A stretch of 64,000 nt of DNA from an uncultured Anaerolineales bacterium (GTDB lineage: Bacteria > Chloroflexota > Anaerolineae > UBA7937 > JACPPX01): the NCBI GenBank assembly GCA_964348195.1, contig CAYGBX010000007.1:4802-68801 (forward strand), written 5' to 3'. A program made the position numbers and the translations under genes. Positions 45,958 through 55,227 of this stretch are shown in pieces. How positions within the stretch are numbered: position 1 is the first letter of the stretch; each line of letters begins with the position of its first letter. The notes under the pieces were generated by a model, which ran no database searches, was not told the DNA's origin, and saw nothing but the letters and a program-made list of their open reading frames with translations.

Positions 45958-47286
45958 CTATCCGATTCCGGGTACGGGAAACTGGCGAGCCCAGTCTCTG
46001 ACCTCGGCACGCATGGAAGCGAGCCTCTCGTCGCTCTCGATTGCCTCGCGAAACTCCGCAAGCACTCGCTGCCGCTCTCCCCGATCGTTTGGCAGTTGAT
46101 ATTCGGCTACCGCGTCCCGCACCGCCGCAATCCACTTCGCTAGCCGCTCCATCTCCGGATGTCCCATACCGCGTGTGGTCGCGGCGGGGGTTCCCAATCG
46201 GATACCCGACGGATAGAAGGGGGAGCTGGGCTCGCCGGGCACCGTGTTCTTGTTGACGGTTAGCCCGATCTGATCGAGCGCCTCTTGCAGGAACACCCCG
46301 CGACCCGGCCCAGAAGGAGTCAGGTCCACGAGGAGCATGTGGTTGTCGGTCCCACCCGTCACGAGCGTGAACCCCTCTGCCAAGAGCCCATCGGCCAGGG
46401 CCTTGGCGTTCTTCACGACCTGGACCGCGTACTCCCTGAATTCGGGCGTTCTCGCCTCCGCAAGGGCGACGGCAATGGCGGCGGTGGTGTGGTCGTGAGG
46501 GCCTCCCTGGAGCCCGGGGAAGATTGCCCTATCGATCTTGGTCGCCAGGTCCGGGTCCTTCTGAAGCCCGCTTTCGGTCACCATGATGATAGCTCCGCGC
46601 GGGCCCCGCAGCGTCTTGTGGGTCGTGGTGGTGATGATGTGGGCGTAGGGGGATGGGCTGGCATGAGCTCCGCCGATGACGAGCCCTGCCACGTGGGCTA
46701 GATCTGCCGCGAAGTAGGCGCCCACCTCGTCGGCCACCTTGGCGAATTCCTCGAAAGGGAACTCGCGGACGTAGGCGGTAGCGCCGCACCAGATGAGCTT
46801 CGGTCGCTCCGCCCGAGCCAGACGCCAGACTTCGTCGAAGTCGATGTAGCCATCGGCCTTGACGTGGTAGGGGACGCTCCTGAAATAGGTGCCGCTCACG
46901 CTTACCTTCCAGCCGTGAGTGAGGTGGCCGCCGTCGGGAAGGTTCTGTCCCATGATCGGGTCGCCGGGCTGGCAGGTGGCGAAGTAGACGGCGAAGTTCG
47001 CCGGGCTGCCCGAGTAGGGCTGGACGTTGGCGTGGGGGACTCCAAACAGGGCCTTCGCCCTGTCCTGGGCAAGTCGTTCGATGTCATCCACGTTCTCGTT
47101 GCCCCCGTAGTAGCGGCGTCCAGGATACCCTTCCGAATACTTGTTGGTGAGGATCGAGCCCATGGCCTCGAGAACCGCCTCGGAGGCGTAGTTCTCCGAC
47201 GGGATGAGCTCCACCCCGTCTGACTGTCTCTGCTCCTCCCGCGCAAGCGACTCGTAGAGCTCTGGATCCTCGTCCTTCAGCGGCAT
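45958..47286 (-). CDS. glyA: Serine hydroxymethyltransferase
   Basis: SHMT similarity runs through the full length (LIPSENY..., TTTTHKTLRGPRG). ATG 47286 is preceded by AGGAGGG. Confidence 0.95.
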   Translation of the reverse strand: MPLKDEDPELYESLAREEQRQSDGVELIPSENYASEAVLEAMGSILTNKYSEGYPGRRYYGGNENVDDIERLAQDRAKALFGVPHANVQPYSGSPANFAVYFATCQPGDPIMGQNLPDGGHLTHGWKVSVSGTYFRSVPYHVKADGYIDFDEVWRLARAERPKLIWCGATAYVREFPFEEFAKVADEVGAYFAADLAHVAGLVIGGAHASPSPYAHIITTTTHKTLRGPRGAIIMVTESGLQKDPDLATKIDRAIFPGLQGGPHDHTTAAIAVALAEARTPEFREYAVQVVKNAKALADGLLAEGFTLVTGGTDNHMLLVDLTPSGPGRGVFLQEALDQIGLTVNKNTVPGEPSSPFYPSGIRLGTPAATTRGMGHPEMERLAKWIAAVRDAVAEYQLPNDRGERQRVLAEFREAIESDERLASMRAEVRDWARQFPVPGIG

Positions 47287-47433
47287 GCGCGTTGCCCTCC
47301 TGGAAGTTGGCAGGCACCGGGACCCCTGGCCAGGGATGTCGGTACCTGCTGTGCGGCGAGTATATCCCGGCCCCCAAGGCCCTGCCACCGAAGAGGCCTA
47401 CGACCGCCAACCGACGCGTGCTACAATGCCCCC

Positions 47434-48459
47434 ATGGACGATCGGTGTTGGGGGGTGGTCGGCCACGACTGGGCCGTGCGGCTGCTCCAACACGAACTCC
47501 GGACCGATCGAGTCAGCCACGCCTATCTCTTCACAGGTCCTCCACAGGTGGGGAAGACCACTATGGCGCTGGCCTTTGCTCGTGCCCTCAACTGCGACGA
47601 GGAGAATCCGCCGTGCGGAACCTGTGTGGCGTGCGGCAAGGCGGAGCGGGGCTCTCATCCCGACATCCGACTGGTGACGCCAGGATACGGCTCCGACAAG
47701 AAGAGCCCGGCAGGTGGTACGACGCTCGGCATCGATGACATTCGGGCAGTGCGTCGGGAGGCTGCGACCACGCCCTACGAGGGCCGATGGAAGGTCTTTG
47801 TCCTTGCGGAGGCGGAGGCGATGACCCGCGAGGCGGCCAACGCCCTGCTGAAGACCCTCGAGGAGCCTCCGGGCTATGTCGTGCTTCTCCTGACGGCGGT
47901 GGACAGCGTAGCGCTGCCTTCCACGGTGGTGTCGCGCTGTCGCTCGTTTGGGCTGCGGCTGGTCCCGGCTGAGGACATAGCAGCTGCTCTGGTCACCCGC
48001 TGGGAGCAGGAAGCGGAGCGGGCCGCGTTCTTGGCCGGACTATCAGGGGGACGGATCGGCTGGGCCGTGGCTGCGGCTCAGGACGATGCGGTCCTGAAGG
48101 CACGGGAGGAGACGATCGCCGTTCTGGCCGGGGTGCTTCCTCAGGGGCGCGCTGAGCGATTCTTCGCCGCGGAGAGACTGGCTCGCCGCGCCGATCTGGG
48201 AATGGTGCTCGAGACGTGGCGGGCGTGGTGGCGGGACCTTCTGTTGGTTCAGGAGGGCGCGACCGAGGGACTGGTCAACCTGGATCAGCGCGAGGCTCTA
48301 GCCGCGGAAGCAGAATTCTACTCGCTCCAGGAGATCGCGGGCGCTGTTGCCGCCCTGGGCGAGACGCAACGCCACCTGGATCGAAACGTGAACCCGCGCT
48401 TGGCCCTGGAGGTGCTAATGCTCGACCTCCCCCGGCCGCGGGAAGAGAAGCAACAATGA
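47434..48459 (+). CDS. holB: DNA polymerase III subunit delta prime
   Basis: HAYLFTGPPQVGKTTMALAFARALNC, a zinc-module-like CGTCVACG and the AAA+ clamp-loader architecture are present. Confidence 0.85.
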   Translation: MDDRCWGVVGHDWAVRLLQHELRTDRVSHAYLFTGPPQVGKTTMALAFARALNCDEENPPCGTCVACGKAERGSHPDIRLVTPGYGSDKKSPAGGTTLGIDDIRAVRREAATTPYEGRWKVFVLAEAEAMTREAANALLKTLEEPPGYVVLLLTAVDSVALPSTVVSRCRSFGLRLVPAEDIAAALVTRWEQEAERAAFLAGLSGGRIGWAVAAAQDDAVLKAREETIAVLAGVLPQGRAERFFAAERLARRADLGMVLETWRAWWRDLLLVQEGATEGLVNLDQREALAAEAEFYSLQEIAGAVAALGETQRHLDRNVNPRLALEVLMLDLPRPREEKQQ

Positions 48460-48486
48460 AACGGGCGGGCGCTAGGCCCGCCCGTT
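48460..48486. terminator. Bidirectional terminator-like hairpin between holB and spoVS
   Basis: A perfect 11-bp stem, AACGGGCGGGC-GCTAG-GCCCGCCCGTT, starts directly after the holB stop. On the minus strand it is followed by a T-rich tract. Confidence 0.6.
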
Positions 48487-48517
48487 GAGTCAGAGGCTCA
48501 GATTCGGAGGACGTCGA

Positions 48518-49147
48518 CTAGTCGGAATCGTCGTCCCAGTCCTCCTCCTCCTCCTCCTCCTCCTCATCATCATCATCATCATCGTCCCAATCGTCATCCT
48601 CGTCTAGGTCCTCGTCGTCGGTCTCCTCGAAATCCGACTCCTCGTCCACCTCTTCCTCCTCTTCCAGGTCCTCGGCCACGTCAGGCTCGTCGAGCTCTGG
48701 TGCCTGCTCCTCTTCGCCTTCTTCGGCTGGAAGGGGGTCCTCCATGGCCGCGGAGGCGAATTCCTCCGTGGGCTCCGGCTCCGCGATCGGCTCGGCCGAT
48801 GGGGCAGGCTCCTCCGGCGCGGGACGGGGCTGGCGCTCGCGGCGGGGCCTGGGTCCCGTGGGATACTCGGGGGGAACGTCCTCTTCCCGGCGCGGATCTA
48901 CCACCATGCGGATGGCCGTCCGTGTCTCTCCCTCGATATCCACCTCTGTGAACTCGGGGGTGCAGACCACCTCAATCCCGTCGAGGGCGAGATAGTCTCG
49001 AGCGATGGCGACGGCCTTGACGGCTTGGTTCACTGCCCAAGGCCCGATGGCCTGGATCTCAGCCCGCAACGTCTCCCTTACCACGCCGGCGATGGCTCCA
49101 GCCACCGACGTCGGTCGCGAGTTGCCCGATACCTTGATGATGTCCAT
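48518..49147 (-). CDS. spoVS: SpoVS-domain protein fused to a long Pro-rich and polyacidic C-terminal tail
   Basis: The first 86 aa or so align with SpoVS (MDIIKVSGNSRPTSVAGAIAGVVRE...IQAIGPWAVNQAVKAVAIARDY...). About 120 aa follow, ending in D/E runs encoded by GAG/GAT microsatellite-like repeats. Confidence 0.8.
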   Translation of the reverse strand: MDIIKVSGNSRPTSVAGAIAGVVRETLRAEIQAIGPWAVNQAVKAVAIARDYLALDGIEVVCTPEFTEVDIEGETRTAIRMVVDPRREEDVPPEYPTGPRPRRERQPRPAPEEPAPSAEPIAEPEPTEEFASAAMEDPLPAEEGEEEQAPELDEPDVAEDLEEEEEVDEESDFEETDDEDLDEDDDWDDDDDDDEEEEEEEEDWDDDSD

Positions 49148-49249
49148 GTTGCCCTCCTGCTAGATGTCGAGCGCGATGCCAGAACGCGAGCGTTGTTCTG
49201 GTCGCGGATGGGCTGTGGTCTGTCGGTAGAAGTCGATGCGCGCCTCCTC

Positions 49250-51952
49250 TTATGCCCCGGACTCCTGAAGCGCGGCGTGAGCCGCAGCCAGCCGGGCGAT
49301 TGGGATACGAAACGGCGAGCAGCTTACATAATCAAGTCCGATTTCGTGGCAAAACTGGATGGACCTGGGGTCTCCTCCGTGCTCGCCGCAGATTCCTACC
49401 TCCAGGTCGGCCCGTGTTTGTCTCCCCAGCTGCACCCCCATCTCCATAAGCTTGCCCACGCCGTCCCGATCGATGGTCGCAAACGGATTGTCGGGAAGTA
49501 TCTCCTTTTCCAGGTACTCGATCAAGAATCCTGCCTCGGCATCGTCCCGCGAGATCCCGAAGACGGTCTGGGTCAGGTCGTTTGTGCCGAAGGAGAAGAA
49601 CTGGGCGACCCCGGCGACCTCATCGGCCGTGACGGCGGCCCGAGGGATCTCGATCATCGTTCCAAACTTGTAGTCGACCTCTACGCCTTGCTCCTCCATG
49701 ACCCTCTTGGCCTCGTCCTCCAGCTCCCTACGCTGGACTCGGAGCTCATTGACGTGGCTGGTCAAGGGTATCATGACCTCCGGTAGAACCTCCACGCCTT
49801 CCTTGGTGACCTGACAGGCCGCCTGGAAGATGGCGCGGACCTGCATCTTGGTGACCTCGGGCAGATGGATTCCCAGCCGGACTCCGCGGAGGCCGAGCAT
49901 GGGGTTGGCCTCCCGCATCGAGTCGACCGCGTCCAGGATCTCCTCTTTCTCCTCCAGCCTGTCCGGATCCGCCCCCGTAGCGCGAAGCTCCGTGACCTCT
50001 CGGAGAAGTTCGTCGTGACTGGGGAGGAACTCGTGCAGGGGAGGGTCGATGAGCCGGATAATGACCGGAAGCCCATCCATCACCCGGAACAGTCCCTCGA
50101 AGTCCGACTGCTGGAAAGGCAGAAGCTTCGTCAGGCTTGCTGCCCGGTCCTCCGGGGTTCGGGCCAGGATCATCTGCTGGACATGCGGCAGTCTCTCTGC
50201 CTCGAAGAACATGTGCTCCGTGCGGCAGAGGCCGATTCCCTCCGCGCCGTAGTCCCGTGCTCGCTGAGCGTCACGCGGATAGTCCGCGTTGGCCCAGACC
50301 CCAAGCCTGCGGAAACCGTCGGCCCAGGAAAGGAGCTTCAGAAGGTTGGGATCTTGAATATCGGGGACCATGGTGGGGAGCTGTCCGGCGAAGACCTGCC
50401 CCTCTGTACCGTCGATGGAGATCCACTCTCCTTCGGCGATCTCCCTCCCGTCCACCTCCATGAGGCGCTTGTCTAGGTCGATCTGGAGTGCGGCCACTCC
50501 GACCACCGCCGGCTTCCCAAACTGCCTGGCGACGAGGGCGGCATGGCTCGTGCGACCGCCGCGGCTGGTCAGGATCCCCCGTGATGCCAGCATGCCGTGC
50601 ACATCGTCGGGTTTCGTCTCTGGCCGGACCATGATGACATCTTTGCCTTGTTGTCCCCACATCTCGGCTGTGTCGGCGTCGAAGGCCACGACACCCACCG
50701 CGGCGCCGGGGGAGACGTTGAGCCCCTCTGCGAGGAGCCCTCCCGACGCGATCGTCTCTTTCTTGGCGGCGGTCTCAAACTGTGGGTGTAGGAAGAAGTC
50801 CACCTGATCCGGAGTCACTCTCCTGACCGCCTCCTCCTCAGAGATCAGCCCCTCGTCTGCCATGTCGACCGCGATCTTGACCGCGGCCTGCGCCGTGCGC
50901 TTGGAGTCGCGGGTCTGCAGCATGTAGAACGTTCCACGCTCGATGGTGAACTCGACATCCTGGACTTCACGGTAGTGCCGCTCCAGCCTCTGGCAGATCT
51001 CTTCGAATTCCGCGTAGAGGTCCGGCATCTCCTCCTTGAGCTCGGAAATCCGCTTGGTGATCCGAATCCCGGCCACAACGTCCTCGCCTTGGGCATTGGT
51101 GAGGTAGTCGCCCTCGATCTCGTCCTCGCCGGTTGAGACGTTGCGGGTGGTGGCGACTCCTGTTGCCGAATCTTCGCCCATGTTGCCAAAAACCATGGTC
51201 TGGACGTTGACCCCTGTTCCGAGGTCGTGGGCGATCCCGGCTGCGTTTCGGTAGTCGACCGCCCTCTTCCCGTTCCATGAGCTGAACACGGCCTCGGTGG
51301 CCATCCGGAGCTGCTCGTAGGGATCGGCCGGGAACTCCCGACCCGTTTCTTTCCGGACGATTCCCTGGAACCGATCTACAATCTCCTGCCAATCCTCGGC
51401 CAGGAGATCGGTATCGCTTTCTACGCCTCGGCGGCCGCGATACTCTGAGAGGACCTCCTCGAATGGTTCGTCTGGGATACCCATCACCACCGATCCGAAC
51501 ATCTGGACCAGCCTTCGGTAGGCGTCGTAGACGAACCGGGCGTCGCCCGTGAGAGCGATCATGCCCTGGGCCGTTTCTTGGTTGAGCCCGATATTCAGCA
51601 CGGTGTCCATCATCCCCGGCATCGAGAACTTGGCACCCGAGCGTGATGATACCAGGAGCGGATTCTCCGGATCGCCAAACCGCTTCCCCGTCCCCTCCTC
51701 GACTCCCTGGAGAGCCGCCAGGATCTGCTCCCAAGCACCCTCCGGAAAGGCGTTTCCACCCTCCAGGTAGGCGTTGCAGGCCTCGGTCGTGGCCGTGAAT
51801 CCGGGAGGCACCGGAACCCCTAGCCGTGTCATCTCAGCCAGGTTGGCTCCCTTGCCTCCGAGAAGGCCCCGCACCGCCTCCCACTCGCCTCCGACATAGG
51901 CCTCCGCTGCCTCCAGTTCATCGAAGCCGTACACCCACTTCTTCTTGGCCAT
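49250..51952 (-). CDS. ppdK: Pyruvate, phosphate dikinase
   Basis: PPDK similarity spans the full length, including the phosphohistidine region (GGRTSHAALVARQFGKP) and the PEP-utilising C-terminal domain. I chose the start at MAKKKWVYGF. Confidence 0.95.
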   Translation of the reverse strand: MAKKKWVYGFDELEAAEAYVGGEWEAVRGLLGGKGANLAEMTRLGVPVPPGFTATTEACNAYLEGGNAFPEGAWEQILAALQGVEEGTGKRFGDPENPLLVSSRSGAKFSMPGMMDTVLNIGLNQETAQGMIALTGDARFVYDAYRRLVQMFGSVVMGIPDEPFEEVLSEYRGRRGVESDTDLLAEDWQEIVDRFQGIVRKETGREFPADPYEQLRMATEAVFSSWNGKRAVDYRNAAGIAHDLGTGVNVQTMVFGNMGEDSATGVATTRNVSTGEDEIEGDYLTNAQGEDVVAGIRITKRISELKEEMPDLYAEFEEICQRLERHYREVQDVEFTIERGTFYMLQTRDSKRTAQAAVKIAVDMADEGLISEEEAVRRVTPDQVDFFLHPQFETAAKKETIASGGLLAEGLNVSPGAAVGVVAFDADTAEMWGQQGKDVIMVRPETKPDDVHGMLASRGILTSRGGRTSHAALVARQFGKPAVVGVAALQIDLDKRLMEVDGREIAEGEWISIDGTEGQVFAGQLPTMVPDIQDPNLLKLLSWADGFRRLGVWANADYPRDAQRARDYGAEGIGLCRTEHMFFEAERLPHVQQMILARTPEDRAASLTKLLPFQQSDFEGLFRVMDGLPVIIRLIDPPLHEFLPSHDELLREVTELRATGADPDRLEEKEEILDAVDSMREANPMLGLRGVRLGIHLPEVTKMQVRAIFQAACQVTKEGVEVLPEVMIPLTSHVNELRVQRRELEDEAKRVMEEQGVEVDYKFGTMIEIPRAAVTADEVAGVAQFFSFGTNDLTQTVFGISRDDAEAGFLIEYLEKEILPDNPFATIDRDGVGKLMEMGVQLGRQTRADLEVGICGEHGGDPRSIQFCHEIGLDYVSCSPFRIPIARLAAAHAALQESGA

Positions 51953-51980
51953 CTGCGTTGCTGTCCTCCCTGCCTCGCTC

Positions 51981-53342
51981 TCAGGACTGGCGGGCTGCGG
52001 CTGCCTCCAACCGCTCGGCGATCGCGCCTTCCAGTTCGCCAATCGGCACCCGTATCTGCTCCATGGAGTCGCGGTCCCGCACCGTGACCTGCTGGTCTTC
52101 AAGGCTCTCCACATCTACCGTGACGGCCAGGGCGGTCCCGATCTCGTCCTGCCGGCGATACAGCCGACCGATCGAAGCCCGGTCATCGTAGTCGACGGCC
52201 CACTGGTTCCGAAGGTTGGCGGCAATCTCCTTCGCCAGGGACACCAGCTCCTGCCGGTTTCTCAGGAGAGGAAGAACCGCCACCTGAAAGGGCGCCAGGG
52301 CCGGATGCAGCCGCATTACCACCCGCTTGCGCTCGCGCACCTCTTCCTCATGGTAGGCGTCGGCTAGGAAGGCCAGGGCGGCCCTGTCCACTCCTGCGGA
52401 GGGCTCGACAATGTAGGGGACCACCTTCCGATCAGACTCGGTGTCGTAGAAGGCCATCTCCTTGCCGCTGAACTCCGCGTGCTGGCGAAGGTCGAAATCC
52501 TCCCGGTTGGCGATGCCCTCCAGCTCAGCCCACCCAAATGGGAAGCGGTATTCGATGTCAACGGTCCTCTTGGAGTAGTGCGACAGTTCCTCCTTGCCGT
52601 GCTCGCGGAGCTTCAGATTCTCGCCGGCGATCCCATACCGGCGATACCACGAGAATCTCTCCTCCAACCAGAACTCGAACCATTCTTCATCCGTCCCTGG
52701 TACGACGAAGTACTCCAACTCCATCTGCTCGAATTCCCGAGTTCGGAAGATGAAGTTGCCGGGTGTGATCTCGTTGCGGAAGGCCTTTCCGATCTGGGCG
52801 ATCCCGAAGGGGAGCTTCTTGCGGGACGCGTTGAGCACATTCATGAAATTCACGAAGATTCCCTGCGCCGTCTCTGGTCGCAGGTAGGCCACGGAAGCGT
52901 CGTCCTCCACTGGCCCGACGAAGGTCTTGAACATCAGGTTAAAGTGGCGCGCCTCTGTGAACTGGTCCTTCTCACCGCAGACGGGGCAGGCATCCCCCTT
53001 GAGATCGTCGGCGCGGAACCGGGACTTGCAGTTCTTGCAGTCCACCATGGGATCGGTGAACTGGGTGACGTGGCCGCTCGCCTCCCAGGTCTTGGGGTGC
53101 ATGAGGATGGCGGCGTCCAGCCCGACCACCTCCTCCCGTGAGCGCACCACGTCCCGCCACCAAGCCTCCTTGATGTTTCGTCGGAGCTCGACCCCCAAGG
53201 GGCCGAAGTCGTACGTGCTGCCGAACCCGCCGTAGATCTCGCTGGACTGAAAAATGTACCCGCGGCGCTTGCACAGCGAGATGAGGGCGTCCATCGTCAC
53301 CCGGGTCTTCTCCGCGGCGCGAGATTCCGTCGCGGTGTCCAC
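51981..53342 (-). CDS. glyQS: Glycine--tRNA ligase (single-chain alpha2 type)
   Basis: The canonical N-terminus (MDALISLCKRRGYIFQSSEIYGGFGSTYDFGPLGVELRRNIK) and class II motifs are present. Confidence 0.95.
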   Translation of the reverse strand: MDTATESRAAEKTRVTMDALISLCKRRGYIFQSSEIYGGFGSTYDFGPLGVELRRNIKEAWWRDVVRSREEVVGLDAAILMHPKTWEASGHVTQFTDPMVDCKNCKSRFRADDLKGDACPVCGEKDQFTEARHFNLMFKTFVGPVEDDASVAYLRPETAQGIFVNFMNVLNASRKKLPFGIAQIGKAFRNEITPGNFIFRTREFEQMELEYFVVPGTDEEWFEFWLEERFSWYRRYGIAGENLKLREHGKEELSHYSKRTVDIEYRFPFGWAELEGIANREDFDLRQHAEFSGKEMAFYDTESDRKVVPYIVEPSAGVDRAALAFLADAYHEEEVRERKRVVMRLHPALAPFQVAVLPLLRNRQELVSLAKEIAANLRNQWAVDYDDRASIGRLYRRQDEIGTALAVTVDVESLEDQQVTVRDRDSMEQIRVPIGELEGAIAERLEAAAARQS

Positions 53343-53345
53343 GGG

Positions 53346-54143
53346 CTAGGCGCTAGCGCTGCCGGCATGCGCCGAAGCGGCAGCTCCATTCGCCGCTTGG
53401 CGCCGCAGTTGGGCGAGAAAGACCGACGATCGGGGTTCGCGATCCAGCAGGTACCGGATGTAGCCGCGGAGAGACGACTCCATTTCCTGGCGTTCCACCT
53501 CATCTGGGGAGATGGCCTGGCTGGCCGCCAAGCCGCCTGCCTGGAGGCGGCGCAGATAATCCAGTGCGCCCGCCGAGAGTCGGGGAGTCTTGCCACGGCC
53601 GTGGGCCGGACACAGCACGCCGCCTCGCGCGGAGTTGAACGAGCCATGAGCCACGGGATCCCCGCACTGTAGACATCGCTCCAGTTCGGGGCGGTAGCCA
53701 GAGAGCGCCAGGATGCCGAGTTCAAATGCCCGGGTCAGGAGTTCCGCGTCGCCACGATTGGAGAGCCCGCGCAGAGATTCGAGGAGGAGTCGGAAGACGA
53801 GGGGGTTCTCGTCTCCTTCCTCGCTGAACCGATCGACCAGCTCGGCCAGGTAGTACGCATAGGAGGTCCGCATGAGGTCGCCTCGGATGCGCAGGAAAGG
53901 TTCGATCGTCTCTGCCTGCGTGATGATATCGAGGCTACGACCCTTCGCCAGGAGCAGTCGGGAATGTGTGAACAGCTCGATATGACCGGCCTTGCGGCTG
54001 GAAGGCTTTCGCGCCCCCTTGGCCACGGCTCGCAACTTGCCAGTCTCGCGCGTGAAGAGGGTCAGCAGTCTGTCCGCTTCTCCCAAATCATGTCGGCGCA
54101 GGACAACGGCATCGACCCGGTAGACCCTTGATCGATCTCTCAT
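53346..54143 (-). CDS. recO: DNA repair protein RecO
   Basis: An OB-fold N-terminus (YRVDAVVLRRHDLGEADRLLTLFT), a zinc-finger-like CLQCG...CPAHG and conserved recO-glyQS synteny are present. An alternative start is at 54185. Confidence 0.85.
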   Translation of the reverse strand: MRDRSRVYRVDAVVLRRHDLGEADRLLTLFTRETGKLRAVAKGARKPSSRKAGHIELFTHSRLLLAKGRSLDIITQAETIEPFLRIRGDLMRTSYAYYLAELVDRFSEEGDENPLVFRLLLESLRGLSNRGDAELLTRAFELGILALSGYRPELERCLQCGDPVAHGSFNSARGGVLCPAHGRGKTPRLSAGALDYLRRLQAGGLAASQAISPDEVERQEMESSLRGYIRYLLDREPRSSVFLAQLRRQAANGAAASAHAGSASA

Positions 54144-54328
54144 GGGGAGTGCTTCCTGCCGCAATACTTCGGGACCGGCCGCCAAGAGGATCGCCGCAAG
54201 GCCATCTTGCAGGCTATGGGATCGCGGGAAGCGGGATGTGGCTCGGTGTTAGGGAGCGAGGGAGCCATGGTGTGGAGGACCTCCGGTGTCACGATGCGGC
54301 GCGGCCGAGTGTCGCGATTTGACGCGCG

Positions 54329-54655
54329 TCAGCCTCCGCGAACGGTGTTGTAGCGGTGAGGCCTCTCCCAGTTCGTGTGCATCTTGCGATCGAACACGGC
54401 ATCGGCGTCGACCTCCAGGGCCGACAGGAGATGGAGGATCCGGATCGTGGCGTCGATCAGCTCTTCCCCCACTTCTTCGTGAGACTGCCCCTTCTTGTAT
54501 GCATCGGCCGCTTCCGACACCTCGCTGTGGATCAAGGCCAGCATCTCCCAAATCCGCTCGGGCTCGGACGAGAACCCTTTGGCATCCACCATCTCTCGAA
54601 CCTGGTGCATGCGGAGGTTCAGTCCGGCTTCGAGGGGGGTCTCTCCGGTGGTCAT
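54329..54655 (-). CDS. MazG-like nucleotide pyrophosphohydrolase family protein
   Basis: A single MazG-type helical domain with the EVSEAADAYKK...EELIDATIRILHL pattern. Confidence 0.72.
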   Translation of the reverse strand: MTTGETPLEAGLNLRMHQVREMVDAKGFSSEPERIWEMLALIHSEVSEAADAYKKGQSHEEVGEELIDATIRILHLLSALEVDADAVFDRKMHTNWERPHRYNTVRGG

Positions 54656-54741
54656 GGGAGTCTCCGTGGTCCCGACGTGCCGCCCTGGCAGGAATGACGA
54701 GCGATTATAGCAGCGGGATGGAAGCCCGGCAACGGCCCAGG

Positions 54742-55140
54742 CTACTTGGACGGCAGGTGGCGGGCGGAGAAGCTCTGGGGCAGGAGATCACCCAAGGAGT
54801 GCTGCTGCCTGGTGCCGGAGAGATCGGACAGGAGAATGGAGAGATCCTCCCCGCTGAACTCGGCGAGGACCTGGCGACAGGGGCCGCAGGGCGGCGCACC
54901 GTTCTCCGTGACGATTGCGATCTCTTTCAGTTCCCTTTCCCCCGATGAAGTGGCCGCAAATACCGCCGATCGCTCGGCGCAAATGGTGAGACCGTACAAG
55001 GCGTTCTCAATGTTGGCACCGGTGTAGATCTGGCCCGAACTCGCCCGCACCGCGGCCCCCACCCTGAACTTCGAGTACGGCGCGTAGGCATTCTCCCGCG
55101 CGTCGCTAGCGGCGGCGATCAATTCCTCAGCGGTTCCCAT
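54742..55140 (-). CDS. cdd: Cytidine deaminase
   Basis: The zinc motifs CAERSA and PCGPCRQ are present in a 132-aa tetrameric-type protein. Confidence 0.9.
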   Translation of the reverse strand: MGTAEELIAAASDARENAYAPYSKFRVGAAVRASSGQIYTGANIENALYGLTICAERSAVFAATSSGERELKEIAIVTENGAPPCGPCRQVLAEFSGEDLSILLSDLSGTRQQHSLGDLLPQSFSARHLPSK

Positions 55141-55227
55141 GCAGTGCTCCTCGTGGCTGCCTGATCGATTTGGATTCAGAGATGCCGCAACCCGTCGCTG
55201 GGCGGACCAGTGCGCCGCTGACTACAC

